Shown here in pieces: positions 20,692 to 30,806 of a stretch of DNA of 64,000 nt (positions within the stretch are counted from its first letter, which is position 1; each line of letters opens with the position of its first letter). This DNA comes from an uncultured Chlamydiae bacterium (GTDB lineage: Bacteria; Chlamydiota; Chlamydiia; Chlamydiales; JAJFMB01): positions 288,001-352,000 of the forward strand of contig CAVOJR010000001.1 of the NCBI GenBank assembly GCA_963696295.1, read 5' to 3'. A program made the position numbers and the translations under genes. The notes below the pieces were generated by a model. That model did not search any database, had not been told where the DNA came from, and saw only the letters and a list, made by a program, of their open reading frames with translations.

Positions 20692-21723
20692 TTAACTAGG
20701 CGATACGTTGAGGACTTTCATCAAAGCCATGATGTCTTTGATGCCGACCCTCGGGCCGCTGAAAAGGATATAAACAGGCTCGCTGTCAGGGCCATATTTT
20801 TCCCAGTAGACTTTCCTTTGCTTCAGGCTAAAGGCCCATTTGGCGAAGGAAAATATACCGCGAACGAAGGCCTTTGAGAACTTCCCAAGTCCATGAACAA
20901 TATCCATTTGATCCGCAATGACCGCTCCGACGCTCAGGTAATGACAGTTTTCCTTCCGCAGGATTTCAAGAAGGGAGATCATCAAAAGCTCCGACGTTCC
21001 GCGCGGCGCGGTTGGCGAGGTGATTAAAAACTTAATAAACCAACCCTTATCAGCGCCGAGCTTTCGCAGCAGGGCCACCGACTGGACGTTGCCTTGCGGA
21101 TCTTTGATATAAAACCATCGCCTGTCGATCCGTTGGTTAAACAGCTGAAGAGACCCTAAGTGAATCTGGGGCCCTTTGCGCCCCTTAAGCCAATGATCTC
21201 CCACTTCCTGCATGGCAGCCTCAATTTTCGGATCATAGTCGATATATTCCACTACTTTAAGATGCAGATTTTCAGCATGTTTCAGCTTGTTGCGCATACG
21301 GCGAGTTTTTGCTCCTAAAGACTGATCGATTTGAGGGTTAAAGACAAGATCATCGCAGACTTTAAGCATGACCTTGCAGCCATGGTTAACGACCCAATTT
21401 GCAAAGGATTCAGAGACAAGCATATAGATGATTTTGGTATCGCTTTTGCGGCAGTGTTCATAGAAGGCCTCGGCCAGTTTCGCTCTATTTTCAGGGGCGC
21501 ATACCGGGTCGCCGATGACTACAGCTCTTCCCTTTACCATTCTAAATCCAATCAAACCATCGATACCAGGCGCGCTAAACAAATGGCAATCAGGTTCGAA
21601 CAGCGCCTCTGACGAAGCCCCTTCTCCCCATTTGCGTATCCAATTCAGGGCTTGCGCATTTTCCAAGGTAGTTCCACTCGACATTGCCGCGACCACAAAT
21701 CCCCCTCTGCTCTTTTTCCCCAC
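20692..21723 (-). CDS. Stand-alone aminoacyl-phosphatidylglycerol synthase catalytic domain (MprF C-terminal / DUF2156)
   Basis: VVIGDPV, MRNKLKHA, APRGTSELL, YWEKYGP; no TM flippase domain; start uncertain. Confidence 0.8.
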   Translation of the reverse strand: MGKKSRGGFVVAAMSSGTTLENAQALNWIRKWGEGASSEALFEPDCHLFSAPGIDGLIGFRMVKGRAVVIGDPVCAPENRAKLAEAFYEHCRKSDTKIIYMLVSESFANWVVNHGCKVMLKVCDDLVFNPQIDQSLGAKTRRMRNKLKHAENLHLKVVEYIDYDPKIEAAMQEVGDHWLKGRKGPQIHLGSLQLFNQRIDRRWFYIKDPQGNVQSVALLRKLGADKGWFIKFLITSPTAPRGTSELLMISLLEILRKENCHYLSVGAVIADQMDIVHGLGKFSKAFVRGIFSFAKWAFSLKQRKVYWEKYGPDSEPVYILFSGPRVGIKDIMALMKVLNVSPS

Positions 21724-21762
21724 TTTATGAAAAAGAAAATTTACGTCAAGGTCGCTTTCTAA

Positions 21763-21970
21763 TTAGTCGAGCCTGAAAAAGCAAGGGCACCGAGGAAAAA
21801 ATGGAACTGGAACGAGTTTCGATTTGCAAGGTTTGTTAATAGCTTAGAAAAACCTTGCAATTTTTGAGGAGGAGCCCGAACTCGCGAAAGAAAAAAATAG
21901 AGATTTTTGAAATGAAAAATGCGGTTTGTGAGGAGTTCAACCAGGGTAGGTTGATTTCAGAGACGACTAA
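21763..21970. mobile_element. MITE-like structured element, copy A
   Basis: Imperfect terminal inverted repeats TTAGTCGagcCTGAAA / TTTCAGagaCGACTAA; core shared with 27706-27813. Confidence 0.55.
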
Positions 21971-21986
21971 CTATTATGGCTCTTTT

Positions 21987-24221
21987 TTAGGTAATGATTA
22001 AGTCTCCATGTTTGGAATGCTTCGTAAAATTTCCAAACATCTTAACTGGCGCATGCCCCCCCCATTTCACCTGATTTTTACCTCTGGTATAGTAAACGAC
22101 ATTGGAACCGAATTTTTGCGCGGCTGCAGTAAATAATTCGGCGAACCTTTTTTGGTCATGACCTTCTGGTATGTCATCGTAACGAGATTTAAATTCTAGA
22201 GGATCTGCGGGATATCCTTTTTCTTTTTCGAAACTTATCATAGCCAAGCGGGAACAAGTAAGGAATAAAGTACGATCGCAACCGCTTTTACATTGGTCAT
22301 TTTCCGAAATATTTAAAAAATCGTGCAAATACATATCAAGTATGGCAACTCTACCTGCATCTTGAGGATCGTCGTAACTGCAGCGATCTTTGCCGCTCAA
22401 ATCTTTGCCGGTTAGATTGATAGTGACCGCTTGAATCGAGAAGTAAAGTTTCAACAGTTTATTTTTTTCTTCACCGGGCGGCAGCGCATTAATTTCCGCT
22501 TTAATATTCGCAATATCCTCCCTGCCTCCCTGGTAGGAAGTAAAAAAGTTAGCGTCAGTTTTTGCATAACTTTTCAAACGATTATAAATACCTACAGCCT
22601 TAGGAGTTTCAAACCCATGATCCCAGTTTTCTAATTTTTTGTTTAAAAGAACGCGTTCTCTTTTTGAATCTTCCAGATTGGATAGACGATTATCATTGAT
22701 GGCCTCTGGTTGCACAATTTTTCTGGCCTCACCAGCACCTTCACCCGATAAAATAGCTGTTTTAAAAATAGGCCTATCTACTCTGACTGTTATTTTCTCT
22801 CCTTTGTCATTTTTTGCCACGATTTCTATATAGTCTTTATCTCCCCATATTTCTTGGATGGAACGCTTGATATTCTCAACGGATCGCACTTCTACATCTT
22901 GTAGTGCATCTTTTCTCAAACCAAAAACAGTCTTAATTCCTAACCATAAATTTTTCAAAAAGCTTGTATCCTGGCCGCTTGTCACACTCATTTGATAATG
23001 CAGCATTCCGTCTTCACCCAAGGACAAACCTTTCCCAAACTTTCCCTCTTTTGTGCTTTTAAGAGAGGCATCGAGACTGACTTCTACCGCTTCATAAACT
23101 CTCCCTACCGTATCCATGCGACCACATCTAGTAGAGACCAGACTGTCATTTTGATCTGTTATAACATTATGATTGGAACAATAGTCTCTTGTTTTTTGGT
23201 TATAATCGTATTTTTTGTTTGCCTCACTGCTTGTTGTGGTTCCCTTTACAATATTACCATTGGTTGAATGACAGGCGCTTTGTGTGAATTTCATTTCCCC
23301 TAGCTCTACTTCTGCCCTATTTCGCTGAGAGCCTCCAACAAGCTCTCCTGTTATTTTTTTTCTACTTTTATGTTCATCTTCCCCTGGATCAATTAAGGCC
23401 TGGTAGAGGAAGTCTCCAAATGTGATGTTTTCTAGAGTTTGACCCGGGAAGGCCTTGCTAAATGCTAATTCAAAAACCTCACGATCGCATGAATGTGTAT
23501 CCATCAAATTAACACTTAATGTATCTTTTAAAACCTCACGGTCAGGATCTGGGCCCCTAAGAGCCGGGGAACCATAATTTTCATATTCTTCTTTTAGATT
23601 AGCTGTAACCATGTCTAATAAATCATTCTTTGAGAAAATACCACTTTGAATAGCCTCACGAAATGTCAAGTCTGTATTTTCACCAAATACTTCTTTAAAC
23701 GTATGCTCATCAAGATTAAGTTTTTCCCTCAAATTATCACCCGCTTTTAGGGGTGTTGCGGGATCCTTAAGGAAACGACGATCGGTTAATACGACGAATT
23801 GCGCATTCTTTTTGTTTTTTTCGGGAATTCGTATCTCATATGCTTCTTCAGTAGTTTTTATGATTCCATTTTTTTTTAGCATATTACAAAGCTGACCTAT
23901 TGCTTCGTTGAAGACGCTCTTGATATTTTCCCAGGTGCTTTTATTTAGTTTGACATTTTCTGGTCTCGTGTATTTTACATCTGAAATGGATGTTGATGAC
24001 TCGGTATTAGAAGTGAATATTTCTTGAACCGTCTGTGCAGTTCGTTGAGTTCGATTCTCTAATGCTGTGTCCTTGGTAGCTGGTTCCTCTGATTTGACGT
24101 AATTTTCGTCGGTAACAACAAGATTAATTTCGGACCCATTTTGAACGGCACCATGATTAACAATCATAGAACCTCCAAAACTTACCATCATAGAATTTCT
24201 ATTATTAGTAAGACCGTCCAT
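21987..24221 (-). CDS. Putative secreted CX5R phosphoinositide phosphatase (SopB/IpgD/INPP4-like)
   Basis: CKSGCDRT near C-terminus; Ser/Thr/Asn-rich N-terminus; AT-rich gene. Confidence 0.7.
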   Translation of the reverse strand: MDGLTNNRNSMMVSFGGSMIVNHGAVQNGSEINLVVTDENYVKSEEPATKDTALENRTQRTAQTVQEIFTSNTESSTSISDVKYTRPENVKLNKSTWENIKSVFNEAIGQLCNMLKKNGIIKTTEEAYEIRIPEKNKKNAQFVVLTDRRFLKDPATPLKAGDNLREKLNLDEHTFKEVFGENTDLTFREAIQSGIFSKNDLLDMVTANLKEEYENYGSPALRGPDPDREVLKDTLSVNLMDTHSCDREVFELAFSKAFPGQTLENITFGDFLYQALIDPGEDEHKSRKKITGELVGGSQRNRAEVELGEMKFTQSACHSTNGNIVKGTTTSSEANKKYDYNQKTRDYCSNHNVITDQNDSLVSTRCGRMDTVGRVYEAVEVSLDASLKSTKEGKFGKGLSLGEDGMLHYQMSVTSGQDTSFLKNLWLGIKTVFGLRKDALQDVEVRSVENIKRSIQEIWGDKDYIEIVAKNDKGEKITVRVDRPIFKTAILSGEGAGEARKIVQPEAINDNRLSNLEDSKRERVLLNKKLENWDHGFETPKAVGIYNRLKSYAKTDANFFTSYQGGREDIANIKAEINALPPGEEKNKLLKLYFSIQAVTINLTGKDLSGKDRCSYDDPQDAGRVAILDMYLHDFLNISENDQCKSGCDRTLFLTCSRLAMISFEKEKGYPADPLEFKSRYDDIPEGHDQKRFAELFTAAAQKFGSNVVYYTRGKNQVKWGGHAPVKMFGNFTKHSKHGDLIIT

Positions 24222-24550
24222 AAACCCCTCATTAATGTTATTATATCATTAATCAGTTTTTTTATAATCAATTTGTCTTTAAAAAGTAAAGATTGCAAAT
24301 CTTATTTGCTTATTAAATAATGAATATAAATAACGTTATATATGCACGTTCTTTATATGCAGTGAAATAAGATTTGTTAAAGAACCACCTGCAGCCAAAA
24401 TAAAAGGCATGTCATTGCCAAAGAAGAAAGATTTAAATCTGCAGAGGTTGAGCCGGCCGACAAAGAGGTCAGGATAGCAGGAAAAACCCCAAGCAAAGGC
24501 CCCGCTGGCTTTTAGGAAAATTAATGGCAAAGCCGGCCTACTGCGCCGGC

Positions 24551-24577
24551 ATAAAAACCGCGGTTATACGCCGCGGT
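24551..24577 (-). terminator. Terminator after ftsH
   Basis: ACCGCGG-cgtataa-CCGCGGT then TTTT on the minus strand; second hairpin follows. Confidence 0.6.
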
Positions 24578-24593
24578 CGCAAGAAGAACTTTC

Positions 24594-27326
24594 TCAGGAT
24601 TCTGCGCGGAAAGGCTCCAGCGTTTCCTTTGGCGGCGGCGGCGGAGGCGATGCAGGCTTTAATTTGTGCAGCTCATCCTGCAATTTCAGCTTAGCGCGCT
24701 TGTCGTCGCTGCTCCAGGTTTTGTCGAGAATTTTTTGAATATCTTCTTTATCGAGCGTTTCAAACTCAATCAGCATTTGCGCCATCAGGTCTACCTGTTC
24801 CCGGTTTTCCTGAATAATCTGACGAGCCCTCTCATTGGCCTCATCCATGATGCGGCGAACCTCTTCGTCAATTGCTTTAGCCGTCTCTTCCGAATATTTC
24901 TTCTCGTGATGGCCTGAAACGCCAAGGTATTGGCTGGTCTCCGAACCGGCTTCGTCATAAGCTACAGCGCCTAGTTTGTCGCTCATACCCCACTCGCACA
25001 CCATGCTGCGCGCAAAATGGGTCGCCTGCTCGATATCCTGCTGCGCTCCGCTGGAGACATCCCCGACAAAGATCTCTTCGGCGCACCTTCCGCCCATCAG
25101 GACAGCCAGGCGGTCGATAATCTCTTTTTTCCAGTAGCTTACGCGATTCTTCTTCGGCAGGAACATCGTCGAGCCAAGGGAGAATCCGCGCGGGATAATG
25201 GTCACTTTATCCACAGTGTCGCCATGCTCGACCACCAAACCGACAATGGTGTGGCCCGATTCATGGTAGGCTGTAGTGCGCTTTTCACTCTCATCCATCT
25301 CTAAGCTGCGCCGCTCTTTACCGAACAGCACTTTGTCTCTAGCCTCAGTGATCTCCTGCTCAGTCACTGCGGTGCGCCCTTTCCTGGCAGCGGCTAAAGC
25401 AGCCTCATTCAAAATATTCTCCAAATCAGCGCCTGATGATCCCGGCGTTGCGCGCGCGAGATTCAGCAAATCGCAGGATGGGTCGAGTTTAATTTTTCTG
25501 GCATGCACTTTCAGGATCTCAAAGCGCCCTTTAATATCGGGCAGATTGATCATGATGCGCCTGTCGAACCGGCCCGGTCTCAGCAGCGCTTTATCCAATA
25601 CGTCAGGGCGGTTAGTGGCGGCCATCAAAATGACCCCTTCATTGGTGTCAAATCCGTCCATCTCAACGAGGAGCTGGTTTAAAGTCTGTTCCCTCTCGTC
25701 ATGACCCCCGCCAATGCCGGCTCCGCGATGGCGGCCCACCGCGTCGATCTCATCCATGAATATAATGCAGGGCGCATGCTTTTTGGCCTGATCGAACATA
25801 TCGCGGATACGGCTCGCGCCGACACCCACAAACATCTCCACAAAGTCGGAACCCGATATCGAAAAGAAGGGGCGGTCAGCCTCGCCGGCGACAGCCTTGG
25901 CAATTAATGTTTTTCCTGTCCCCGGAGGTCCGACGCAAAGCACCCCTTTCGGAATGCGTCCGCCCAAGGCGGTGAATTTTTGGGGATTCTTCAGAAACTC
26001 CACGATTTCCTCCAGCTCTTCAATAGCCTCGTCCACACCGGCCACATCTTTGAAAGTAATCTTGTTTTTATCCTTAGACAAAAGCCTGGCGGGAGACTTT
26101 CCGAAATTCATGGCGCTCGTGCCGACGCCTTTCATTTGACGGGCAAAGACCAGATAGAGAACTAATCCGATCATCAAAATCGGCAGGAACGTAAAGAGAT
26201 AGCTCAAATAATTGGGAGCGGTTTCTTCACTCTTAAAGGTCTTTTCCAGGACCGTGTTCACCGGCTGGTCAGGGGCTTTAAAAGAGGCTCCCCGATTTTC
26301 CGCAAACTGATCCCACTCCGCTTTGGCTTTAATAAACCAGTGGTGGAATACTTCCGGGTCCTGCTTCTCTAACGCTCTGGTTGAGAGCTCCTGATTATTG
26401 AAAAACCAGATCACCTGGGAAACGGCGAGTCTCGCTTTCTCGAGTTGCGCTTCATTATCTTCCAGTTTGGCGTTTACTGCGGTGCTCTGATCCAGGGTAT
26501 CTTTGTAGTTGCGCACGCTGCGCAGTTTGCTCAAGCGCATATGATCTTCAAGGTGATCGAGATCGGTAACGATCTCCTGCAAACGGTTTACAGATTGTCC
26601 ATAACTTGAAATTCTCTGAGCGATGGGCATGCTCGTGCTGTTGGCGAGGGAGACCTCTTTTTCCAGGTCGCGCAAATTCTGCTTCATCTGTTCATTGCCA
26701 ATGCCTAGCATAGGCGATCTCATCTGGTTGATGAGTTCGTTCAGCGAGGTTCCCAATTGGTCAACGCCCTTCTCGGTCGGATTCGATTTCAGCTGAGGGA
26801 GTTGCTCTTTAATATCCGCCAGATTCTCAACACTTTTGCGAGGGAGGTTCCGGATGACCACGCTGTTGTTTTGCCCGTTGGTATTGTAAAAATTATCGAC
26901 AACCACATACCCGTCTGCTGGAACTGGTATGCCGCTCAATAATAAGAACCACTCGGAAGACTGGATAATTTTTTCCCTTTCTTTGACAAGATCGTCGCCT
27001 AAAGTTTCCTGATTATTCTTCAATTCGTGATTTTCATTGAGAAGCTCTAAAAATTTGAACCGGTCTTTCCCTTCCTCCGTCAAATGCTCCCGGAATTTTC
27101 CGGCAAAAGTCACTAAATTGTCATTCAATGCCGTTTTTCGGCTATCTTCAGGCTGAAGGAGCTGCAGGTTAACAAGGTGTTCGAGCTGGTAGCTAAAAGA
27201 GACATTGGCGCTTTTAGACTCCATAAAATTTTGAACCATTAAGGCAAACAGGAATGCGGCCAGCAAAAACCACACAAAATTATTGGAAAAGCCTTTTTTA
27301 AAGTCTTGTTTCTTATCGTCACTCAT
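24594..27326 (-). CDS. ftsH: ATP-dependent zinc metalloprotease FtsH (long chlamydial form)
   Basis: [32 protein letters not shown]; large periplasmic insert. Confidence 0.98.
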   Translation of the reverse strand: MSDDKKQDFKKGFSNNFVWFLLAAFLFALMVQNFMESKSANVSFSYQLEHLVNLQLLQPEDSRKTALNDNLVTFAGKFREHLTEEGKDRFKFLELLNENHELKNNQETLGDDLVKEREKIIQSSEWFLLLSGIPVPADGYVVVDNFYNTNGQNNSVVIRNLPRKSVENLADIKEQLPQLKSNPTEKGVDQLGTSLNELINQMRSPMLGIGNEQMKQNLRDLEKEVSLANSTSMPIAQRISSYGQSVNRLQEIVTDLDHLEDHMRLSKLRSVRNYKDTLDQSTAVNAKLEDNEAQLEKARLAVSQVIWFFNNQELSTRALEKQDPEVFHHWFIKAKAEWDQFAENRGASFKAPDQPVNTVLEKTFKSEETAPNYLSYLFTFLPILMIGLVLYLVFARQMKGVGTSAMNFGKSPARLLSKDKNKITFKDVAGVDEAIEELEEIVEFLKNPQKFTALGGRIPKGVLCVGPPGTGKTLIAKAVAGEADRPFFSISGSDFVEMFVGVGASRIRDMFDQAKKHAPCIIFMDEIDAVGRHRGAGIGGGHDEREQTLNQLLVEMDGFDTNEGVILMAATNRPDVLDKALLRPGRFDRRIMINLPDIKGRFEILKVHARKIKLDPSCDLLNLARATPGSSGADLENILNEAALAAARKGRTAVTEQEITEARDKVLFGKERRSLEMDESEKRTTAYHESGHTIVGLVVEHGDTVDKVTIIPRGFSLGSTMFLPKKNRVSYWKKEIIDRLAVLMGGRCAEEIFVGDVSSGAQQDIEQATHFARSMVCEWGMSDKLGAVAYDEAGSETSQYLGVSGHHEKKYSEETAKAIDEEVRRIMDEANERARQIIQENREQVDLMAQMLIEFETLDKEDIQKILDKTWSSDDKRAKLKLQDELHKLKPASPPPPPPKETLEPFRAES

Positions 27327-27705
27327 AGGATACCTTGAAAATAATTAGAAGGGTTGAACAAGCGCCACGCGATTCATCTAGAATGGGTTGAAGCACATAA
27401 AGACCTTCACTTAAACCTTAATCTCTTATTTCTTCATAACAATTCTACCACATAACTTATTCGCCTTCAACAGCTAACTTTTGATTTTATTTGGTCCGGG
27501 ACCCTAAAACCCGTTATGTGAATAATGCGCAGCTTTGCCCTTAATCCCCCTCATTTTTAATATGTTAACACTCTAAATTTCCGTCTAGAATCCCTCTATT
27601 TCCCCCGAAAATTTCAACTTACCAACAGTGGCAAAATGATTGCAACAAGTGTTTTTTTTGAATCGGCGGTGTTGATCAAAGATCCTGGCAATCAATTAGG
27701 CGGTT

Positions 27706-27813
27706 GATTTGCAGGGTTTGTTAATAGCTTAGAAAAACCTTGCAATTAGGAGGAGCCCGAACTCGCGAAAGAAAAAAAATGAGATTTGTGTGGAGTTCAA
27801 CCCGCTAGGGTTG
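27706..27813. repeat. Structured dispersed repeat, copy B (deleted relative to copy A, no TIRs seen)
   Basis: GATTTGCAGGGTTTGTTAATAGCTTAGAAAAACCTTGCAATT...AGGAGGAGCCCGAACTCGCGAAAGAAAAAAA...GGAGTTCAACC matches 21821-21953. Confidence 0.85.
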
Positions 27814-27846
27814 GACGACGAACAAAGTGCATTTTTCATAAAAAGA

Positions 27847-29100
27847 TCATTTTTTTAACGCCGAATGAACTAATGTCAACCGTAAATCTCCACTGGCCCG
27901 GAAGTTCCGGCCGGTTAAGAACTCCCCATAAACCTGCCCCTCTTTCCGGAGCACGGGGATTTGACTCCTTAAAATGGCGGGCACTTTATGCTCGGTCCAC
28001 CACTTGTCCAAAGCCGGATCAGGCGCTCCGAGCGTATAATCGCCCGGGGGCAAAAAAACCCTGACCTCTCCTCGCCAAACATCCGTCCAGTGGGCGGCGG
28101 GTTTGCCGGCCCCCTTATCGACCGCGATCCGCCAGCCGCCCATCTCAGATTCGGAAAGCGGGCAGGTCGTAAATTGGGGCTTCGTTAATTCCGGGAGGAT
28201 AAAGATTTTTCCTCTATCGATATAAAGCTTCCGGTTCACCCATTTATTGCCGCTCTTTTCTAGTATAAACCGGACACAGGCGTGCAACTCGCTGCGGCTT
28301 AAAACAAGGGAGAACATTTTTAAAGTTTTTCTTATCAAATATTTCACTTCAAAAGGGTGAGTATAACCGTTCAGGTCGACATAAGTGCCAAAGGGGCCGG
28401 GATGGAGGAGCTTTTCAAAACCGGCGCATTTTTCCTCCATATAGGCGTTCAACTCGTTGGCTTCTTCGGAAATCGCATTTAAAGAGCCGGTTATCTCCTT
28501 GCCGAAACTCTTTGCAAGAGCGGGAAGCAAATCATTCCTCATCCGGGGGCGCAAATATTTGGGATCCCTGTTGGTCGAATCATCCACCGGGTTCTGGTTA
28601 TGTTCTTTATGCCAAAGAAGTATCTCGGCTTTGGAAAGGGTAAGCAGCGGACGCCAAAGGGGCATGCCATGATGGCAGGAGACCTCAGCCATGCAGCCAA
28701 GGGCTGTCAGTCCGGCGCCTTCGAACACTCTTTTTATGACTGTCTCCGCCTGGTCGTCGGCGTGATGGCCAAGCAATACGGCCTCATATCCTTCCTGAAA
28801 AATCTGATGAAAGAAGGCGAGGCGCTCATTGCGGCAGGCATCTTCCAAATTTCCCCGCATTTCGGCCGGATTCAAGGTTTTTAGATAATATTTTACATTG
28901 TTTTTCGCGCATAGCTCGGCCAATAGTCGGGCCTCCCTTTCACTTTCGGGACGCCAGCGGTGATCGATATGAGCCGCAGCAAAGGGTATGCGATGCTCTA
29001 AAAGCTGGTAGAAAAGGTAAAGAGAATCGGGGCCCCCGGATAAACCCAACAACAAGGGCTTCTCCTCTTTTCGATATTTTTGAAAAAATTTTATAATCAC
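27847..29100 (-). CDS. tilS: tRNA(Ile)-lysidine synthetase; start most likely GTG 29100 (track start 29151 lies inside the MITE)
   Basis: LSGGPDS PP-loop, HIDHRWR, GHHADDQAET, RPLL, DSTN. Confidence 0.95.
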   Translation of the reverse strand: MIIKFFQKYRKEEKPLLLGLSGGPDSLYLFYQLLEHRIPFAAAHIDHRWRPESEREARLLAELCAKNNVKYYLKTLNPAEMRGNLEDACRNERLAFFHQIFQEGYEAVLLGHHADDQAETVIKRVFEGAGLTALGCMAEVSCHHGMPLWRPLLTLSKAEILLWHKEHNQNPVDDSTNRDPKYLRPRMRNDLLPALAKSFGKEITGSLNAISEEANELNAYMEEKCAGFEKLLHPGPFGTYVDLNGYTHPFEVKYLIRKTLKMFSLVLSRSELHACVRFILEKSGNKWVNRKLYIDRGKIFILPELTKPQFTTCPLSESEMGGWRIAVDKGAGKPAAHWTDVWRGEVRVFLPPGDYTLGAPDPALDKWWTEHKVPAILRSQIPVLRKEGQVYGEFLTGRNFRASGDLRLTLVHSALKK

Positions 29101-29107
29101 CAATAAT

Positions 29108-29264
29108 CTCGACTTTGCCCAATTTTTGAGCGAATATTCAAAGAGAGGCAAACTCCGGCGTAATGAATTACTCAGGATAGGGTGTTTATACCCATCCTGA
29201 GTAATTCATTTAGCCGGAGAAAGTCTCTCTTTGAAGATGAGTTAAAAAATTGGGCAAAGTCGAG
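29108..29264. mobile_element. 157-bp palindromic MITE with 5-bp target-site duplication ATAAT
   Basis: Perfect 20-bp TIR CTCGACTTTGCCCAATTTTT, perfect inner 17-bp arm AATGAATTACTCAGGAT; ATAAT at 29103-29107 and 29265-29269. Confidence 0.85.
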
Positions 29265-29585
29265 ATAATGCTTCATCAATAAAAAAAGAATTAAACAGGC
29301 AATGAGAATGGCAAACAGAGGAATTAGGGAAGGGGGATCTTCTTTCAGCTGCAGCGTAATCTCTTCCTCCGCAGGCAGAGCTTCCCCCGGCTCCTCTTCC
29401 CCTTCTTCGGCAGGCTCTTCAAAAACCGACTTTAATTCTTCAACTTTACCGATGGGAACCCATTTCTCAAAGCCCTCTTTCCAGACCAGAGTGTCGGGAG
29501 AGATGCGGACATCCTGCTGCAGATCCTGCAGGGAGTAAGGCCCCTCCTTTTTCCCGTTCAAGATTATATACCAAATTTTTTCCAT
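29172..29585 (-). CDS. GYF_2/DUF4339 membrane protein; last 30 aa come from the MITE
   Basis: WY...GPYS...TLVWKEGFEKW, acidic linker, one TM. Confidence 0.85.
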   Translation of the reverse strand: MEKIWYIILNGKKEGPYSLQDLQQDVRISPDTLVWKEGFEKWVPIGKVEELKSVFEEPAEEGEEEPGEALPAEEEITLQLKEDPPSLIPLFAILIACLILFLLMKHYLDFAQFFNSSSKRDFLRLNELLRMGINTLS

Positions 29586-29666
29586 ATCAGATAAAAAAAT
29601 TGCAATGTCTTGCCAGCTATTGTATTCTGAATGCCGGTTAATGTCCAGCAGTTCAAAAGGTCTTAA

Positions 29667-30806
29667 GTGTCTATCCCCATTATTTGGCGCTACTTATTTC
29701 AACAATATATCAAAGTTTTAGCTTTATGCGCTTCTTCTTTCATTATTATTTTAATGACGGTCCGCCTCAACGATATCGCCAATTTCGCCTCTTTCGGGGC
29801 AAACAGCCTTTTCGTCTTGCAATTCGCCTTAAACCAGATGGTCTGCCTGCTCCCGTACGCCTTGCCCATCGCCTGTTTTCTCTCCTCCATTTTGCTGATT
29901 CAGCGCTTATCGGCAAGCCATGAAATCACGGCTCTCCGCGCTACCGGGTTTTCTTTCACGGACATTTTTTCCCCCATATTGCTGACCGCGGCCTTCCTGG
30001 CGGGTATTAATTTCCTGCTCGTTTCAGAAACGGCCACCTGGGCCAACCGCTCCAATTATCAGCTCAAAGAAAAATTGCGCGCCATCAATCCTCTGGTTCT
30101 GGTCCATAATAAAACGCTGATGAATCTCAAAGGGATCCACTTCTTTACTCTGGGGCCCTCTAAAATGGGGGAATACGCCAATCACGCTGTATTAGCCGTC
30201 TCCAACCGGCAGAACACCAAATTGCACCTCATGCTGGCCAAACAGATCGAATCGGGAGCCGATCAGCTCATCTGCGAGCAAATGACGCTCATTACCAATT
30301 TGGGGGAAGAATCGGAGGAGGAGTACGATAAGCTGTTGATCGAAAATGTCGCCAAAGCGACCACGCCTTCGATGGCATTTTCCTCCCTTTTGCAAGATGC
30401 CGCTTTGAACCAGCCGCAACGCAATGAGCGGCTGCAGTTTCACGCTCTGTTAAAACAATTGGCCCTGGAAAAAGCCGAATACAAACAAACCGGGTCAAGA
30501 GAGGCGAAGCGCCTCATCAACCGCTCCCAAAGCGAAATAACCAGAAGGTTCTCTTCGGGATTTTCTGTCTTTACTTTTACTTTTATGGGTTTGGCTTTCG
30601 GCGTCAGCATCAGCCGCCGCCCCTCGAGGCGAAACATGGCTACCGCCCTTTTGCTCCTGGCCATCTATTTAGTGACCCATTTGATGGCTAAAGAGATCAA
30701 AGACCGGTTTATTTTCTCTATCTGTCTCTATCTCATCCCCCATTTCCTGATTTTGTCGCTGTCTCTTTGGACTGTAAACCGCATGGCGAAAGGAATAGAA
30801 ACATGA
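29667..30806 (+). CDS. lptF: LptF/LptG family LPS export permease
   Basis: IWRYL, RLSASHEITALRATG, 3+3 TM layout; lptF versus lptG assigned by order. Confidence 0.8.
   Translation: MSIPIIWRYLFQQYIKVLALCASSFIIILMTVRLNDIANFASFGANSLFVLQFALNQMVCLLPYALPIACFLSSILLIQRLSASHEITALRATGFSFTDIFSPILLTAAFLAGINFLLVSETATWANRSNYQLKEKLRAINPLVLVHNKTLMNLKGIHFFTLGPSKMGEYANHAVLAVSNRQNTKLHLMLAKQIESGADQLICEQMTLITNLGEESEEEYDKLLIENVAKATTPSMAFSSLLQDAALNQPQRNERLQFHALLKQLALEKAEYKQTGSREAKRLINRSQSEITRRFSSGFSVFTFTFMGLAFGVSISRRPSRRNMATALLLLAIYLVTHLMAKEIKDRFIFSICLYLIPHFLILSLSLWTVNRMAKGIET

Noticed and set aside
29101..29151. N-terminal extension of TilS from TTG 29151
   Set aside because: Lies inside the MITE; the reconstructed GTGA overlap points to GTG 29100.
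29600..29616. Sigma54 promoter for the GYF_2 gene (TGGCAAGACATTGCA, minus strand)
   Set aside because: GG-GC spacing is 9 nt, not the required 10.
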